Below, piece after piece: positions 34,082 through 45,195 of a DNA stretch of 64,000 bases. Under the pieces are notes generated by a model, which saw only the letters and a list, made by a program, of their open reading frames with translations, was not told the DNA's origin and made no database searches. The DNA is taken from the NCBI GenBank assembly GCA_963728305.1, contig CAVSKE010000040.1, positions 168,752 to 232,751 of the forward strand. The letters run 5' to 3'. Origin of the DNA: an uncultured Acidobacteriota bacterium (GTDB lineage: Bacteria; Acidobacteriota; Vicinamibacteria; Vicinamibacterales; UBA2999). Each line of letters starts with the position of its first letter. Positions within the stretch are counted from its first letter, which is position 1. The translations under genes and the position numbers were made by a program.

Positions 34082-34789
34082 CTATGCGGTCGTTGCGGCG
34101 CGCTTCATCGCCACGAACTGAATGCGATTGGGTTCCACGTCCCAGCCGCCACTCGTGCGCCACGTCGAAACGTCGTAAGGGACGAGGCGCTGGTCGAGCG
34201 CGAACGACAGTGCTCTAAAGGCAACGTGTTCGAGATCGGTCCACCGACTCAGTTCAGCCTCGAGCTCGCCGATCGCGGGAGGGGCATAGCTGTCGCCCAG
34301 GCGTTCACGGGTCTTCGAGACAATAGAACAGCCGCTATTCGGAATCATGCCGATGAGCCGTCCTCCTGGCCGCACTCGACTCCATACCGAGCGGATGGCG
34401 GAGGGAAACGGCAGGTACTGCAGCACCTCAGTAAGAAACGCGATGTCATACTCCTCGAGCCGTCGCGCCACATGCGGGTCGTGCAAGCTGCCGCACATCC
34501 ACCGGATGTGCGGATATTCGCGTTCGTGGTGCGCGATGACCTCGGGCACGATGTCAACTCCAGTCACGGTCGACGCGCCGAGCGCGTCGAGGACCCGGCA
34601 AAAATGGCCCCAGCCACATCCCACGTCCAGGCACCGCTTGTCATCCACGGGGCCGGCGGCCTCGAGCGTCAGCCCGAACGTCTGCGCCTGGACACGGTCG
34701 TTCGAGTAATCGAGCCAGCGATTCCCCGTCTTCACGACATCGGCGTAATACGTCGACCAGTATTGCTCTTGTCCGTGCATCGTTGTCAT
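34082..34789 (-). CDS. Class I SAM-dependent methyltransferase
   Basis: ATG 34789 (MTTMHGQEQYW) overlaps the upstream stop (ATGA). Motif I is CLDVGCGWGHF, followed by ...YDIAFLTEVLQYLPFP...VRPGGRLIG. The longer ORF start at 34972 is rejected because it overlaps the sugar transferase gene. Confidence 0.8.
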   Translation of the reverse strand: MTTMHGQEQYWSTYYADVVKTGNRWLDYSNDRVQAQTFGLTLEAAGPVDDKRCLDVGCGWGHFCRVLDALGASTVTGVDIVPEVIAHHEREYPHIRWMCGSLHDPHVARRLEEYDIAFLTEVLQYLPFPSAIRSVWSRVRPGGRLIGMIPNSGCSIVSKTRERLGDSYAPPAIGELEAELSRWTDLEHVAFRALSFALDQRLVPYDVSTWRTSGGWDVEPNRIQFVAMKRAATTA

Positions 34790-35523
34790 GTCCCTTCGTC
34801 GGCTTCCACTGGGTAGGCCCGCGGACCCGTCTCCGGTACGCCGGCCGTGCCCCAGAACTCGTCGAACTCGGCCCCCGCCCCCGCGCGTACATCGTTGCGG
34901 TCGATCAGACGCCAACACGTCACGATAAGAATCCGGGCATCGAGGGCGAGTGACATGTGCTCGGCGTACCACGCATCGTGCTCGAGACGGGTTTCCCAGT
35001 CGGCGGCATTCCGACCGTTGATCTGCGCCCAGCCGGTGATTCCGGGCTTCACGGTGTGCCGAAGTCGTTGGCGCGACGTGTATCGATCGAGGTAGCGATG
35101 CAACAGCGGACGCGGGCCGACCAGACTCATCTCGCCCTTCAACACATTAATCAACTGCGGAAGCTCGTCCAGGCTCCTCTCTCGCAACCAGAGACCGATC
35201 CGCGTCAGCCGGAAGCCGTCTGGAAGGAGCCGTCCCTCGTCGTCACGAGCGTCGGTCATCGTCCTGAATTTCCAGACGCGAATCGGCCGCTCGTTGAGGC
35301 CCGGACGAAGTTGGCCGAACAGTATCGGCCGCCCCATCGACGCCCAGATGAGGGCCGCGACCGCGCCGAGGATGGGTGACAGGAGCACCAACGCAACGAA
35401 GGCCGCGACAAGGTCCAGGCTTCGCTTCACGATTCCTGTCAAACGACCTGCGGCGTGGCGGTTCACAGCTTCGTCCTGCTGGCCAAACTTGACGAAGGCC
35501 GAGTCTCGATCACCTGACGGCAT
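34786..35523 (-). CDS. Polyprenyl-phosphate sugar phosphotransferase (bacterial sugar transferase family; initiating enzyme)
   Basis: Intact 245-aa ORF. KRSLDLVAAFVALVLLSPILGAVAALIW...RPILFGQLRPGLNERPIRVWKFRTM...DELPQLINVLKGEMSLVGPRP...KPGITGWAQINGR. Confidence 0.9.
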   Translation of the reverse strand: MPSGDRDSAFVKFGQQDEAVNRHAAGRLTGIVKRSLDLVAAFVALVLLSPILGAVAALIWASMGRPILFGQLRPGLNERPIRVWKFRTMTDARDDEGRLLPDGFRLTRIGLWLRERSLDELPQLINVLKGEMSLVGPRPLLHRYLDRYTSRQRLRHTVKPGITGWAQINGRNAADWETRLEHDAWYAEHMSLALDARILIVTCWRLIDRNDVRAGAGAEFDEFWGTAGVPETGPRAYPVEADEGT

Positions 35524-35561
35524 CAGACATCCAGCGCATTCCGCTCACAAGGCTCACCGAA

Positions 35562-36749
35562 TCAACTCTGGCTGAACGAGTGTGCGCGCGCTCGACCATT
35601 CCGTATTGGATCGCGTGCGGCAAGCGCCTCGAGATAGGTGTTCATGGTGTCGCCCACCCAGCGCGAACGTCGCAGCTGCTGGCAGAAATCGACGTCGCGC
35701 CGCGCCTTCCTGCGGGCAGCCGTTCCGGCCAGGGCGATGAGACGCTCCGCCCACTCTGTTTCGGTTCGACCTGCGACAAAGAAGCCGTTTTGCCCATCGA
35801 CCACCAGCTCGCGGCAACCTCTGACGGGCGCGGTCACCACCGGCAGGCCACGCGCCAGCGCCTCCATGACGCACACCGGCATTCCCTCTCTCTGCGTCGG
35901 GAAGAGCATCAGGTCAGCGGCATCCAGCCACGGCATCACGTCCTCCCGCACGCCGACACGCATGATGTCGGAGTCGTGCTGGTAGCGTTGCCACTCTCCA
36001 TCCGTGAGCCCCGTCGGGTGCAGCGGATCGACGGCCCCGAGCACGACGAAACGCGACTCGGGAACCACTTGCTTCAAACGCCAAAATGCTCGCACAGCCA
36101 CATCGAAGCCTTTGAATGCGACGAGGCGGCCAATGAAAATCAAGACAACGGCCTCGGCGGGAATGCCGAGAGTCCGCCGCAGATTCGAGCGCTCTTCGTC
36201 GGAGGGACGCGGCGTGTCGACGAATCGATCCGCACACCCGAAGCCGTAGCCCCGCTGGACCTCCACTGACGCGGAGGGAACGGCGTGGTGCAAGGCCGCG
36301 AAGTCGTCGGCGGTGAGTACGTGCACCCGATCGAAGCGGCGCGCGGCGAAGGTCTCCGCCACCTGCAGGAGCGCTCGCCTCGGTCCGCGCACGAGCGGGA
36401 ACGACAGTCCCTGAAACGTGCCAATCGAAACCCATGGGTCGCCGCGCCGCAATGCCAGTGCGGTGCTGAACACACCCGCGGAAAAATGTGCATGAACGAC
36501 GTCCGCCTGCCAGTCGGTCATGATCCGCCGTAATGCCCTCGCCGCCATCCAGTGTCGCGCGGGGTTGCTGCCTCGCGGCAGGTCCAGCGGCAACAGCCGG
36601 ACGGCTCCGGTGCTCGCGCGCTGCGCTTCCGATGGAATCCCGCCACACACGACCGCGGTCGGATGCCCTGCGCTGGCCGTCGTTTCGGCGAGCTCCCGCA
36701 GGAATACGGCGTAGCTCGCGTAAGCGGGAATGACGAGTAACAGGCGCAC
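35562..36749 (-). CDS. Glycosyltransferase, GT-B fold (family 4-like)
   Basis: Intact 395-aa ORF starting at GTG. VLIFIGRLVAFKGFDVAVRAF...LMLFPTQREGMPVCVMEALARGLPVVTAPVRGCRELV. Confidence 0.82.
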   Translation of the reverse strand: MRLLLVIPAYASYAVFLRELAETTASAGHPTAVVCGGIPSEAQRASTGAVRLLPLDLPRGSNPARHWMAARALRRIMTDWQADVVHAHFSAGVFSTALALRRGDPWVSIGTFQGLSFPLVRGPRRALLQVAETFAARRFDRVHVLTADDFAALHHAVPSASVEVQRGYGFGCADRFVDTPRPSDEERSNLRRTLGIPAEAVVLIFIGRLVAFKGFDVAVRAFWRLKQVVPESRFVVLGAVDPLHPTGLTDGEWQRYQHDSDIMRVGVREDVMPWLDAADLMLFPTQREGMPVCVMEALARGLPVVTAPVRGCRELVVDGQNGFFVAGRTETEWAERLIALAGTAARRKARRDVDFCQQLRRSRWVGDTMNTYLEALAARDPIRNGRARAHSFSQS

Positions 36750-36820
36750 GTCGAGATGTCAGTCCAGCGCGCGCCAGCCGGGCCAACGGCGGGCAGACGG
36801 CAAGGGACGCAACGACGATG

Positions 36821-38626
36821 TCACGGTTGCTCACCCGCGGGCCACTGCGGATTGTCCGGCAGTTCCCCGCGTTCCTCGTTGACCGGCGACATCAGCTCTC
36901 TGACCTGCTGGTCGTATGCCGAGCGGTAGACCGCGTGATCCCGCGCTCGCGTCTGTAGTGCGTGCACGAAGGGATACGTGACGTAGAACTCGCTGTTCGG
37001 CCGCAGATCGGTATTGAGGCGTGCGTCACCGGTGTGCGCCAGAATCGTGGCGCGGTCCGCGGTGATGCGCCTGACCACCTCTTGTGGTGACGCAGGCAGG
37101 CGCGTCCGATCGAAATGAATCGGTCCGCCACTGGCGATATACACGCTGGTGTCCAGACGGAACACGTGCGGGAACACGGTCGCGACGGTCCTGGCCGTCG
37201 AATAGAGGTCCACCGTCCGCACGGCCAGAATACCGCCCGTCTCGAGATGGCTCGCCAGAATGCCGAGGAACTCTTTCGAAAACAGGCTGCCGCTGTACGC
37301 GTGCGCCGCGTGCAACGGGTACATCATGATCATGTCGAACTTCTCGCCCGCGTTCGCCAGCAGCCATCGCCTGCCGTCGTCGACGACGTAGCGCGTCTTG
37401 CCCGACGCCAGGACCGTCTCGCCATGAGTCGTCTGCCGCAACACACGTGCGAGCGTTCCGTTCAATTCGACGACGACGAGCTCCTGTACTTCGCGGCTCT
37501 TGACGGCGGTCGCGGCCATCTGGCCGTCGCCAAGACCGATAGACAGTACGCGACGCGGCGCGGGATGTGCGGCCAGTGCCACCTCGATACCCGAATCCGA
37601 TGCTGTCGTCGCGGCGGCGTCGCCATGATGGGCGCCGTCGATATACAGACGCAACTCGCCAAGGATCGCCTTCTCCTGATCGAAGGCGATAACGCCGTGC
37701 TGACGACGGAGAACTGCAACGCCGGTGCGATCCTCGGCGCCGACGAAGTCAACTGCTTCGTCGTTCGCAAAATGCACCGCCCGCAGGATCGTCGTCCGCC
37801 CGGGGAACAACACGACCGCGAAGACAATGACGGCAAGAGAGGCGAGGAGCCGCGCACGGCCGACGGGCAGCGTCGCGTCCGACCATTCGAGCCGCGCCGC
37901 CCTGCGCGTCGCCAGGAAGATCAGGACGGGAATGGCGCATCCGAGGACGATCAGCGTTCTCAGCGTGTGCTCGCTACCGGCATAGTGAACCAGCAGGAAT
38001 CCGACGACGAGGCTCCCCAACGTGGAACCGACAATGTTCGCGCAATAGAGGCCGCCAACAGCATGCCCCAGTGTTTCGACGCTCCGTGCACCCTCGCGCA
38101 TCAGGTTGGTGAAACCGTAGCCCATCAAGACAGCCGGCGGGCCGAGGATCACGCATGTCCAGATGGCGATATCCACGAGTGAGTACAGCGAGTAAATGTC
38201 CACGTTGCCGGCGACCAGCTCCGGGGACGGATGAAAGGTCGTAAGGAACGACGCCCCGATCAAGTGCCGCAGCGGCGGAAGCCAGGTGAAACGGCCAATC
38301 AGCGTGAACAGGACGAAGGAATATGCACCGATTGCCAGCTGACAGATCGCGAAACGATCGAGACACCGTCCCTCATCAATCCGCGTACGAGCCAGCATCG
38401 AACCGAGTGCTATCCCCGACAGAAAGAAGAAGAGAATCGTCCCGAACACGTAAACCGTGCCGTGCAGAATCACGCCGAGGATCCGATACCAGACTATTTC
38501 GTAGCCGAGCGCCGTGAAGCCCGAGAGAAACGACAATACGAGAACCCACCTATACGTGAGCGTCGGCCCGTCCCTGTGCCGATCCACTGGTACAGGAGAG
38601 TGGCCGGATGACGACGGGCGGCTCAT
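36821..38626 (-). CDS. Polytopic membrane protein fused to a spermidine-synthase-like (class I MTase fold) domain
   Basis: Intact 601-aa ORF. The N-terminal ~300 aa form multiple TM helices (LVLSFLSGFTALGYEIVWYRILGV...). The C-terminal part reads VLSIGLGDGQMAATAVKSREVQELVVVELNGTLARV...FDMIMMYPLHAAHAYSGSLFSKEFLGILASHLETGGILAV. Its 5' 77 nt overlap the preceding ORF. Confidence 0.75.
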   Translation of the reverse strand: MSRPSSSGHSPVPVDRHRDGPTLTYRWVLVLSFLSGFTALGYEIVWYRILGVILHGTVYVFGTILFFFLSGIALGSMLARTRIDEGRCLDRFAICQLAIGAYSFVLFTLIGRFTWLPPLRHLIGASFLTTFHPSPELVAGNVDIYSLYSLVDIAIWTCVILGPPAVLMGYGFTNLMREGARSVETLGHAVGGLYCANIVGSTLGSLVVGFLLVHYAGSEHTLRTLIVLGCAIPVLIFLATRRAARLEWSDATLPVGRARLLASLAVIVFAVVLFPGRTTILRAVHFANDEAVDFVGAEDRTGVAVLRRQHGVIAFDQEKAILGELRLYIDGAHHGDAAATTASDSGIEVALAAHPAPRRVLSIGLGDGQMAATAVKSREVQELVVVELNGTLARVLRQTTHGETVLASGKTRYVVDDGRRWLLANAGEKFDMIMMYPLHAAHAYSGSLFSKEFLGILASHLETGGILAVRTVDLYSTARTVATVFPHVFRLDTSVYIASGGPIHFDRTRLPASPQEVVRRITADRATILAHTGDARLNTDLRPNSEFYVTYPFVHALQTRARDHAVYRSAYDQQVRELMSPVNEERGELPDNPQWPAGEQP

Positions 38627-39275
38627 CCTCTGTTTCCAGCCCGGAACGCACTGCCAGAATGGACATGACTAGGGCCAGCACCAGATTGAGCGAAGCGGCG
38701 ACGTACGTGGCGCCATCCAACCCGAGGAGACCGATCAAGAGGTACGACGACAGGAGCGCTCCGGCCGCGGCGCCAAACGTATTCACGCCGTAGAGCCATG
38801 ACAGGTGCCGACCGATGTGATTGGCACTGGCCACCACGATCCGGCACATCAGAGGAAGCGTCATGCCCATCAGCGTCGTCGGCAGCAGCAGCAGCGCGAA
38901 GTCCACCAGGACCACCGTTGTCAGCGGGCTGCCTGCCAGCCGTTCGCCGATACCGGAGAACACCGGAATGCTGGCGAATCCGATCAGCCCCAGGAGCCCT
39001 TCGATCGCCGCGTAGTAAGTACGAGGAGCCCGGACGCGGTCGGCGACGTAGCCACCGAGCAGCGAACCAAGACCGAGTCCGAGCATGAATGTGGCGACGG
39101 TGATCGAAGTCGAATAGATGTCGACCCCGAAATAGAGCGTGAGCACGCGCTGCCATGCGACCTGATAAATCAGCGCCGGCATGCCAGCGGCAAAGAAGAT
39201 CACGTAGAACGCGGCATGCCGGGTAGGACGTGCAGCCGAGACCGCGTGATCAGCGAGAAGAGCGGCAGCCTTCAC
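38550..39275 (-). CDS. Stand-alone membrane module paralogous to the N-terminal domain of spermidine-synthase-like proteins (no catalytic domain)
   Basis: 241-aa ORF. Its GTG start overlaps the upstream stop (GTGA). FYVIFFAAGMPALIYQVAWQRVLTLYFGVDIYSTSITVATFMLGLGLGSLLGGYVADR, about 6 TM helices. It could be a frameshifted N-terminal extension of 36821-38626. Confidence 0.6.
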   Translation of the reverse strand: MKAAALLADHAVSAARPTRHAAFYVIFFAAGMPALIYQVAWQRVLTLYFGVDIYSTSITVATFMLGLGLGSLLGGYVADRVRAPRTYYAAIEGLLGLIGFASIPVFSGIGERLAGSPLTTVVLVDFALLLLPTTLMGMTLPLMCRIVVASANHIGRHLSWLYGVNTFGAAAGALLSSYLLIGLLGLDGATYVAASLNLVLALVMSILAVRSGLETEDEPPVVIRPLSCTSGSAQGRADAHV

Positions 39276-40472
39276 GCCCGGACCTCCGGCCGATCGCGCA
39301 ACCAGGCTTCGGTTGCTTCCCGCACGCGCCTGTAGAACCCGAGTCGCCGCTGCTGGAGCACGGCAGCGCGATAGGCCCGGGCCTCGTGAAGATTGCGAGC
39401 AGACATGTTCGTCATCCAGGCCGTATCGCCGACGACTTGCTGTAACCGGGCGGCAAGGGCGTCACGGTCACCGCTCGGAACGAGAGCATCCGGCGGGAGC
39501 AACTCGGGTATGCCGGCGACATCGCTGCCGATGCAAGGCAGCCCGCGGGCCATGGCTTCAATCATCGCTCGCGGGAGTCCTTCGTGCCGTGACGGCAGTA
39601 TGAAGATGTCGGCTCGATCGAGCTGAGCGGCGACCGCCGTCGATGGAATCTGCCCGGCGAACACGACTCGATCTCCGCAACCCATCTCACTGGCAAGCCG
39701 TTCCAGGTCTCGTCGCCGGCTCCCGTCGCCTATCACCGTCAACACGAGATCGAGACCGGCGCTCACGCACGTTGCCAACGCGCCGATCAGCAGGTCGGGC
39801 CCTTTGTGATAATGCTCGAGCGAGCCGACGAAGATCACGGTGAATCGGCCGCGCATCTGCCGTGTACCTGCGCGGCGCGTCAGCAAACGCGTCGTCTTTC
39901 AGGTCGATGCTCGACGCAGCGATCGTGAACGCCGGCGACGGGTAGCGTCGCTGCAACGCCTGTGCAGTCACATACGAGGCCGCACACGCGCGCGCACAGT
40001 GCACTTTCAGCTGCCGGGTCATCTGCCATCGAAAAAAGGCCCGTAGTGGATGGTCCACCGACCCCGGCGCGAAGACGTCGTAGGGGTCGCCGATGACCTC
40101 CACCGCAAAGGGATACCGCAGCGCGTTCAGCCTGCCAAACGCCAGCGCGCCAACATTGCCTGGGACGCGGAGCACGACCGCGTCGCCGATACGCAACGAA
40201 CGGCGCACTGCGGTCCGGATCTGCCACGCGCGACGGATGTATTCGGCCGGCCCGACGTAGTACGGCAGTGCAGTGAAGGACACGCCAGGACCGTCGGCCC
40301 TGTGCCACTCTCCCTCGAGACGCGCAACGTCGCGGACCCGTGCGATACAGTTCACGTGATCGAACACCTCGAGATACCGCTGCCAGAACGGCCACGCGCA
40401 CTGTACCTGCGTCCACACCGAGCCGTCAGCGAGACGGAGAAACCGGTGTTCGAGCGCGACGCTGACTCTCAT
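39272..40472 (-). CDS. Glycosyltransferase family 4-like (one frame change near 39860)
   Basis: N-terminal part from ATG 40472 (MRVSVALEHRFLRLADGSVW...) in ORF 39687-40730. C-terminal part in ORF 39272-39886: FTVIFVGSLEHYHKGPDLL...ADIFILPSRHEGLPRAMIEAMARGLPCIGSDVAGIPELL. Confidence 0.78.
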
Positions 40473-40644
40473 GAATTCTGGCGAGAAACGGCTGACCAGG
40501 TCGTGCCGAGTGCCTCCTCTCCACGCCAGTGTCAGCCACGTCGACTGACCCGAACGACGTGAGTGCCGAGATGATCTGCCGGTTCCGGCAAGGCGCGCAG
40601 TGCCAGCAGGTTCGTGAGGCGGTAATGAGTCACGACGAGCGCGT

Positions 40645-41999
40645 TCACGGCCTTCTCGTATGATCGAGTAGTTCCAAGCGACGCAGAGATTCGCCGCGAG
40701 CCGCTTGGTCACGGGCACGCGCAACGACAAGTGCGCCCGCGAGCTCCCCTACTACACGGGCGCTCGCAAATGCATCGATTGCCGCCGGCTTCGGCTCGTA
40801 GTCCTCAATACGACCGCGCTGCCAGGCACTGAACACCGACGCTATGCCAAGGGCCACTTCTTCCGGAGAGTCGTAGTTCGCCGTCAACCCGACGCCGTCT
40901 TCTCTGAACAGTCGACCCATCACAGATGTCGGTGAGGTAATAGCGAGAATCGGGACGCCCAGCAGCAATGTAGTCCGGCAGCTTCGACAGAATCGTCCGG
41001 CTTGAAGGACGGGAGTAATCCACTGCGATCAACAGACTCGCGGTATCCTGCAACGCGACTGCCTCGGCGTGACTCACGCGGCCGAGAATCTTGACGATAT
41101 CGCCGAGCCCGCTGAGCGCCGTCCATTTGGGGAGATCACCCGCCGACCATCCGGCCTGTGTAAAGCGGACTCGACCGCGCGCGGCGGGTGTTCGGTCCAG
41201 AAACAAGCGCAAGCCTTGTATCAGTGCAGCGGTGGTCTGTTGTTCCACTGAATAGAAATTACCTGTGTGGACGAGATGGAACACATCACCCGGTGGCAGC
41301 CGATGGCGGCCACCGCGAGACGGAAGATGTGTGACCACGAAGGCTTTCAGCCAGTGACGCTCACGGAAGCGCCCGAGCACCGCATCCGCTTCATCGCGAT
41401 TCGTAAAGGTTAGCGCGTCGGCGCTCGTCGAGTATTCGGCGCCGCCATAGCCGGAACAACGGCCATCGGTAAGAGCCAAGCCATGTTCTAGGCTTGGACA
41501 GCATCCGGACAGGCGGCCACTCGTCACTGAAATGGGCGACCCACGCGCGCCCTGTCAAGCGCGCCAGGTACCAGGCGGCGATATTCGACGAGATGGGCAT
41601 CGCGCGTCCGTAGATCACCGTGTCTGCTGGGAGGGACCTCAGAACTCGAACTCCCGCCGTTACTGCTTTACGGACCCATAGGCCCAGGCAACTCGGAATC
41701 CCGCACCGAACCAACTGCAGCGCGCCGGCAAGCGCGCCCGGCGGGAGTGGGGCGGGAACCACAGTCACCTGATAGTTGCTGCACTCGAGTTCCCTGTCTG
41801 GTCCGCCGGCAGTTAGGACATGTACCCGGGCACCTTCCTCCAGGAGCCTCATTACCAGGCGGCGACCGGCCATTGCTTCGGCGCCACCATTGATGGGATC
41901 CCAGTCATAGGAGACGTAAAGGATGGTCGTGCGACGCCAATCCCACTCACGCCAAAGCTGGTCATCCAACCCGCGGAGGGCATCGGATGTTAAGGACAC
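40645..41999 (-). pseudogene. Glycosyltransferase-like protein (GT-B-like), two to three frame disruptions
   Basis: Fragments are 41391-41999 (TILYVSYDWDPINGGAEAMAGRRLVMRLLEEGARVHVLT), 40805-41527 (VFHLVHTGNFYS...VRFTQAGW...ILGRVSHAEAVALQDTASLLIAVDY) and 40645-40968 (GVPILAITSPTSVMGRLFREDGVGLTANYDSPEEVA). Confidence 0.5.
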
Positions 42000-43150
42000 G
42001 ACAAACCCAAATCAGATGTTGAGCCGCTCCACAAACGGCGGTGCGCCTCTGCTGCGCGGTCGATATGAAAAATACTCGTTCCAAAGCACTGAGCTGCCGT
42101 TTCCCTGAGTTTCAGACGTTCTGCTTCGGCCGGAAGCGTACACGCGAGCGAGGCCCACTCACGGTCATCTGCGGTCAGGGAAAGGTATCGAACCAGCTGG
42201 AGGCGCGAGGCGATCTCGCGAACACCGGGAAGATCCGTCGCCAGAACTGGCACACCGACGACACACGCCTCCAAGACGACACCCGGTAGCCCCTCAATTA
42301 TCGAAGGGAGGAGAAGGACGTCTGCTGCGTGGAGAAGCTCCGGAACGTCTTGACGGACTCCCAGGGCCACGACGCGATCGCCGATGCCAAACTCGCGAAC
42401 GGCCGCGGCAGAGATACCGGCCCGATCGTCAGTTCTAGCGCCCGCCAACACCAGCCAGGCGCTGGGGTCCTTCGCGTGTATCGCCTTGAAAATTGCAAAG
42501 AGTCGCCGGTGGTTCTTTTCAGGGACCTCGTTTCCGATGTGGAGAAACACGAGTGCCCGATTCGGGATCCCCAGACGCGTCCTGACGGCCGTCCGGTCCA
42601 CCGGCTGACGAAATCGCCCGGGATCGAGCGCGTCGTACACGACGCGACAGCGCCGATCGAGACGCCACGAGTCTCCCCACATGGCGTCCATCGCTCCTTC
42701 CCCACAGGCGATGATGTCAGTCGCAAATCGATCGATGAGGAAACGACAGACGCGGCGCTGAAGCGCACGGCTCCGTGTCTCGCGCCGGCCGTCGTGCGTG
42801 CTGTGAAAATGAGCGATCCGGACCGGCGTGCCAGCCGCCGCAGCGAAAGCCAAGATGACGCCTGACGAGAGGAGCACATGCGAGTGCACGACAGCGTAGT
42901 GTTCCCGTCGAAGTAATCGCAAGAAACGGGTCGGAAATCTGGTGTCCAACCGAAGTGGGAACACCCGGCCCCCGAGTGCTCCCACATTGCCGTCGAGTGA
43001 CCCGTTCAGCCCAGAAAGGGCGCAGACATCCACGCGGAACTCGTCCGGACACAAGCGGCGCATCAATTCCAGCAGGCGAATCTCGGTACCACCCGGCGCC
43101 ATCCGACCGACTACGTGTAGGACTCGGGCCGCCTTTGCGTTGGCCGTCAC
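41990..43150 (-). CDS. Glycosyltransferase family 4 (resembles the PEP-CTERM/EpsH1-associated sugar transferase type)
   Basis: Intact 386-aa ORF. Its GTG start overlaps the asnB-like stop (GTGA). VLHVVGRMAPGGTEIRLLELMRRL...VVHSHVLLSSGVILAFAAAAGTPVRIAHFHSTHD...LLLPSIIEGLPGVVLEACVVGVPVLATDLPGVREI. Confidence 0.8.
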   Translation of the reverse strand: MTANAKAARVLHVVGRMAPGGTEIRLLELMRRLCPDEFRVDVCALSGLNGSLDGNVGALGGRVFPLRLDTRFPTRFLRLLRREHYAVVHSHVLLSSGVILAFAAAAGTPVRIAHFHSTHDGRRETRSRALQRRVCRFLIDRFATDIIACGEGAMDAMWGDSWRLDRRCRVVYDALDPGRFRQPVDRTAVRTRLGIPNRALVFLHIGNEVPEKNHRRLFAIFKAIHAKDPSAWLVLAGARTDDRAGISAAAVREFGIGDRVVALGVRQDVPELLHAADVLLLPSIIEGLPGVVLEACVVGVPVLATDLPGVREIASRLQLVRYLSLTADDREWASLACTLPAEAERLKLRETAAQCFGTSIFHIDRAAEAHRRLWSGSTSDLGLSCP

Positions 43151-45145
43151 TTGGCCGCCGTCCCGACGATCAGTGCCGGATACGATCCGACTTCAATCGG
43201 GCGCTCATCGATCAGCGCGCGAAGCGCATCGGGACCGTCGCCCAGCGTCGCCTCGCACCACGCGGCCAGCGTGAACGCGTGCCAGATGACTTCCGGCACC
43301 GAACCCTGCAACCATCGACGATACCTGCCGCCTGCCAGCGCCTCGCTCGAGAGGATGCCGAATCGGTCGAGCCGCTTCGCGTCGAACAACCGCTCGCACG
43401 CGGTGGCGAACGGCCCCTGCAGCCACTGGCGGACTGGCACACTGAATCCCTGCTTCTTCCGGCGCGCGAGCGTCGGCCCGAAACGGCGCTCGTGCAGCGC
43501 CCGGAGCACACGCTTGCCGACGAACGCGGGCGGCGACGGTCCGGCCGTGAACGCCGCGGGCAGGCCGACCCCGAACTCGACGACACGGTGATCGAGGAAC
43601 GGCACGCGCGCCTCGAGGCTGCAGCTCATGCTCGCCCGGTCCACCTTCACGAGCATGTCGTTGCACAGGAGGTCCGCGAGATCGACGGCCAGCGATTTCT
43701 GCAGCTCCGTCCCGCGGGCGCTGGCGAACGATGCGCGCGCCGCTTCCTCGAAGCGCGCCGCCGCCGTCGGCCGGCGCATCAGCGCCGCGGTGCGCGCGAG
43801 CGGAGCCCACTGTGCGAGCTGGACGTAGGCCTGCGCATCATCGCCCTCGAGTCCGCGAGCGACAAAACGGACCTTTCTCAGTACCGCGCTCCAGTTGCTG
43901 GCGTGCTCGTAGTTGAACGGCAACCGCGCCAGCGCGCGGCCGGTCCAGTCGCGCAGGCGCGACCCGCCGCTGAACAGCCCGCGCAGCTGCGTCACCATGT
44001 ATCTCTTGTAGCCGGCGAACACCTCGTCGCCGCCGTCGCCGCCGAGCGCGACCTTGAAGTCGCGTCCGACGTGATGCGAGAGCAGATACGTCGCGAGACT
44101 CGACGAGTCGCCGAACGGCTCGTCGTAGGCGAGCAGCGCATCCGACGAGCCGCGCGCGTGCCTTCTCCTCGTCGAACGTCTCGATCACGATCGGCACGCC
44201 GATCCGGTTGGCCGTCTCACGGGCGAACGGCGATTCGTCGAACGCGCGCTCGCGAAAACCGATCGAGTACGCCGTGATGGGAGCGGAGGACTCCTCGTGG
44301 GCGTAGGCGGTGACCAACGAGGAATCGATCCCGCCGGAGAGGAACGTCGCCACCGGCACGTCGCTTTCGAGATGCTCCTTGACGGCGCGTCGCAGCAGCG
44401 CATCGACGTGTTCGCACGCCGCATCGAGCGATCCGATGCGCGCCGCCTCGGACGACGGCTGCAGAGTCCAGTAGGTCCGCGTCTCCCGTTTCCCGCTGGC
44501 GAGGTCGATCGTCAGTCGCGTCGCCGGCGCCAGCCGCTGTACGCCCTCGTAGATCGTGCTGTTGCCGGGCACGTAGCTCCACGACAACATGGCGTGCGCA
44601 GCGTCGTGGTTGATGGAGAACAGACGCGCAAACGGCTCCCGGTTTCGATCGAAGCAGCGCAGTTCGGAGCCAAAGGCGAGCGCCGTGCCGGCGTCTGCGA
44701 CGAACAGCGGCTTGATCCCGAACCGGTCGCGGCTCAGGACGACACGGCGTCGCCGCCGATCGTGGATCGCGAACGCCCACATCCCGACGAGCTGTTCCTC
44801 GACGTGGTCAGGGTCGTTCTCGTACAGTCGCAGGATGACCTCGGTATCACTCCGCGTGCGGAACCGGACGCCGCGACGCTCCAACTCGCGACGGAGCAAC
44901 GGGGCGTTGTAGACCTCACCGTTGTAGACGATGACGACCGACTCGTCTTCGTTCGCCATCGGTTGCTGGCCGTGGGCGACGTCGACGATGGCGAGACGCA
45001 CCATCCCCAGCGTCGCGTCCGCATGGGCAACGACACCGCCCCCGTCGGGACCGCGGTGCGTGATGGAGGACGCCATCGCACGCACGAGGGCCTGGCTTCG
45101 ATCGAGCCCCGCGTCAACGCCGACGAGACCGACTATCCCGCACAT
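43147..45145 (-). CDS. asnB: Asparagine synthase (glutamine-hydrolysing)-family amidotransferase (one frame change near 44150, inside a CGCGCGCG run)
   Basis: ATG 45145 gives MCGIVGLVG (Ntn Cys2). ...HRGPDGGG...VIVYNGEVYN...RTRSDTEVIL...; the PP-loop is FLSGGIDSS. After the frame change: GSSDALLAYDEPFGDSSSLATYLL...ALGGDGGDEVFAGYKRY...KVDRASMSCSLEARVPFLDHRVVEF. Confidence 0.88.
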
Positions 45146-45195
45146 CGTTGTCTCGGAGTTTCCAGCAGCGACCCGCGTCAGCATCTGAACTCTGA

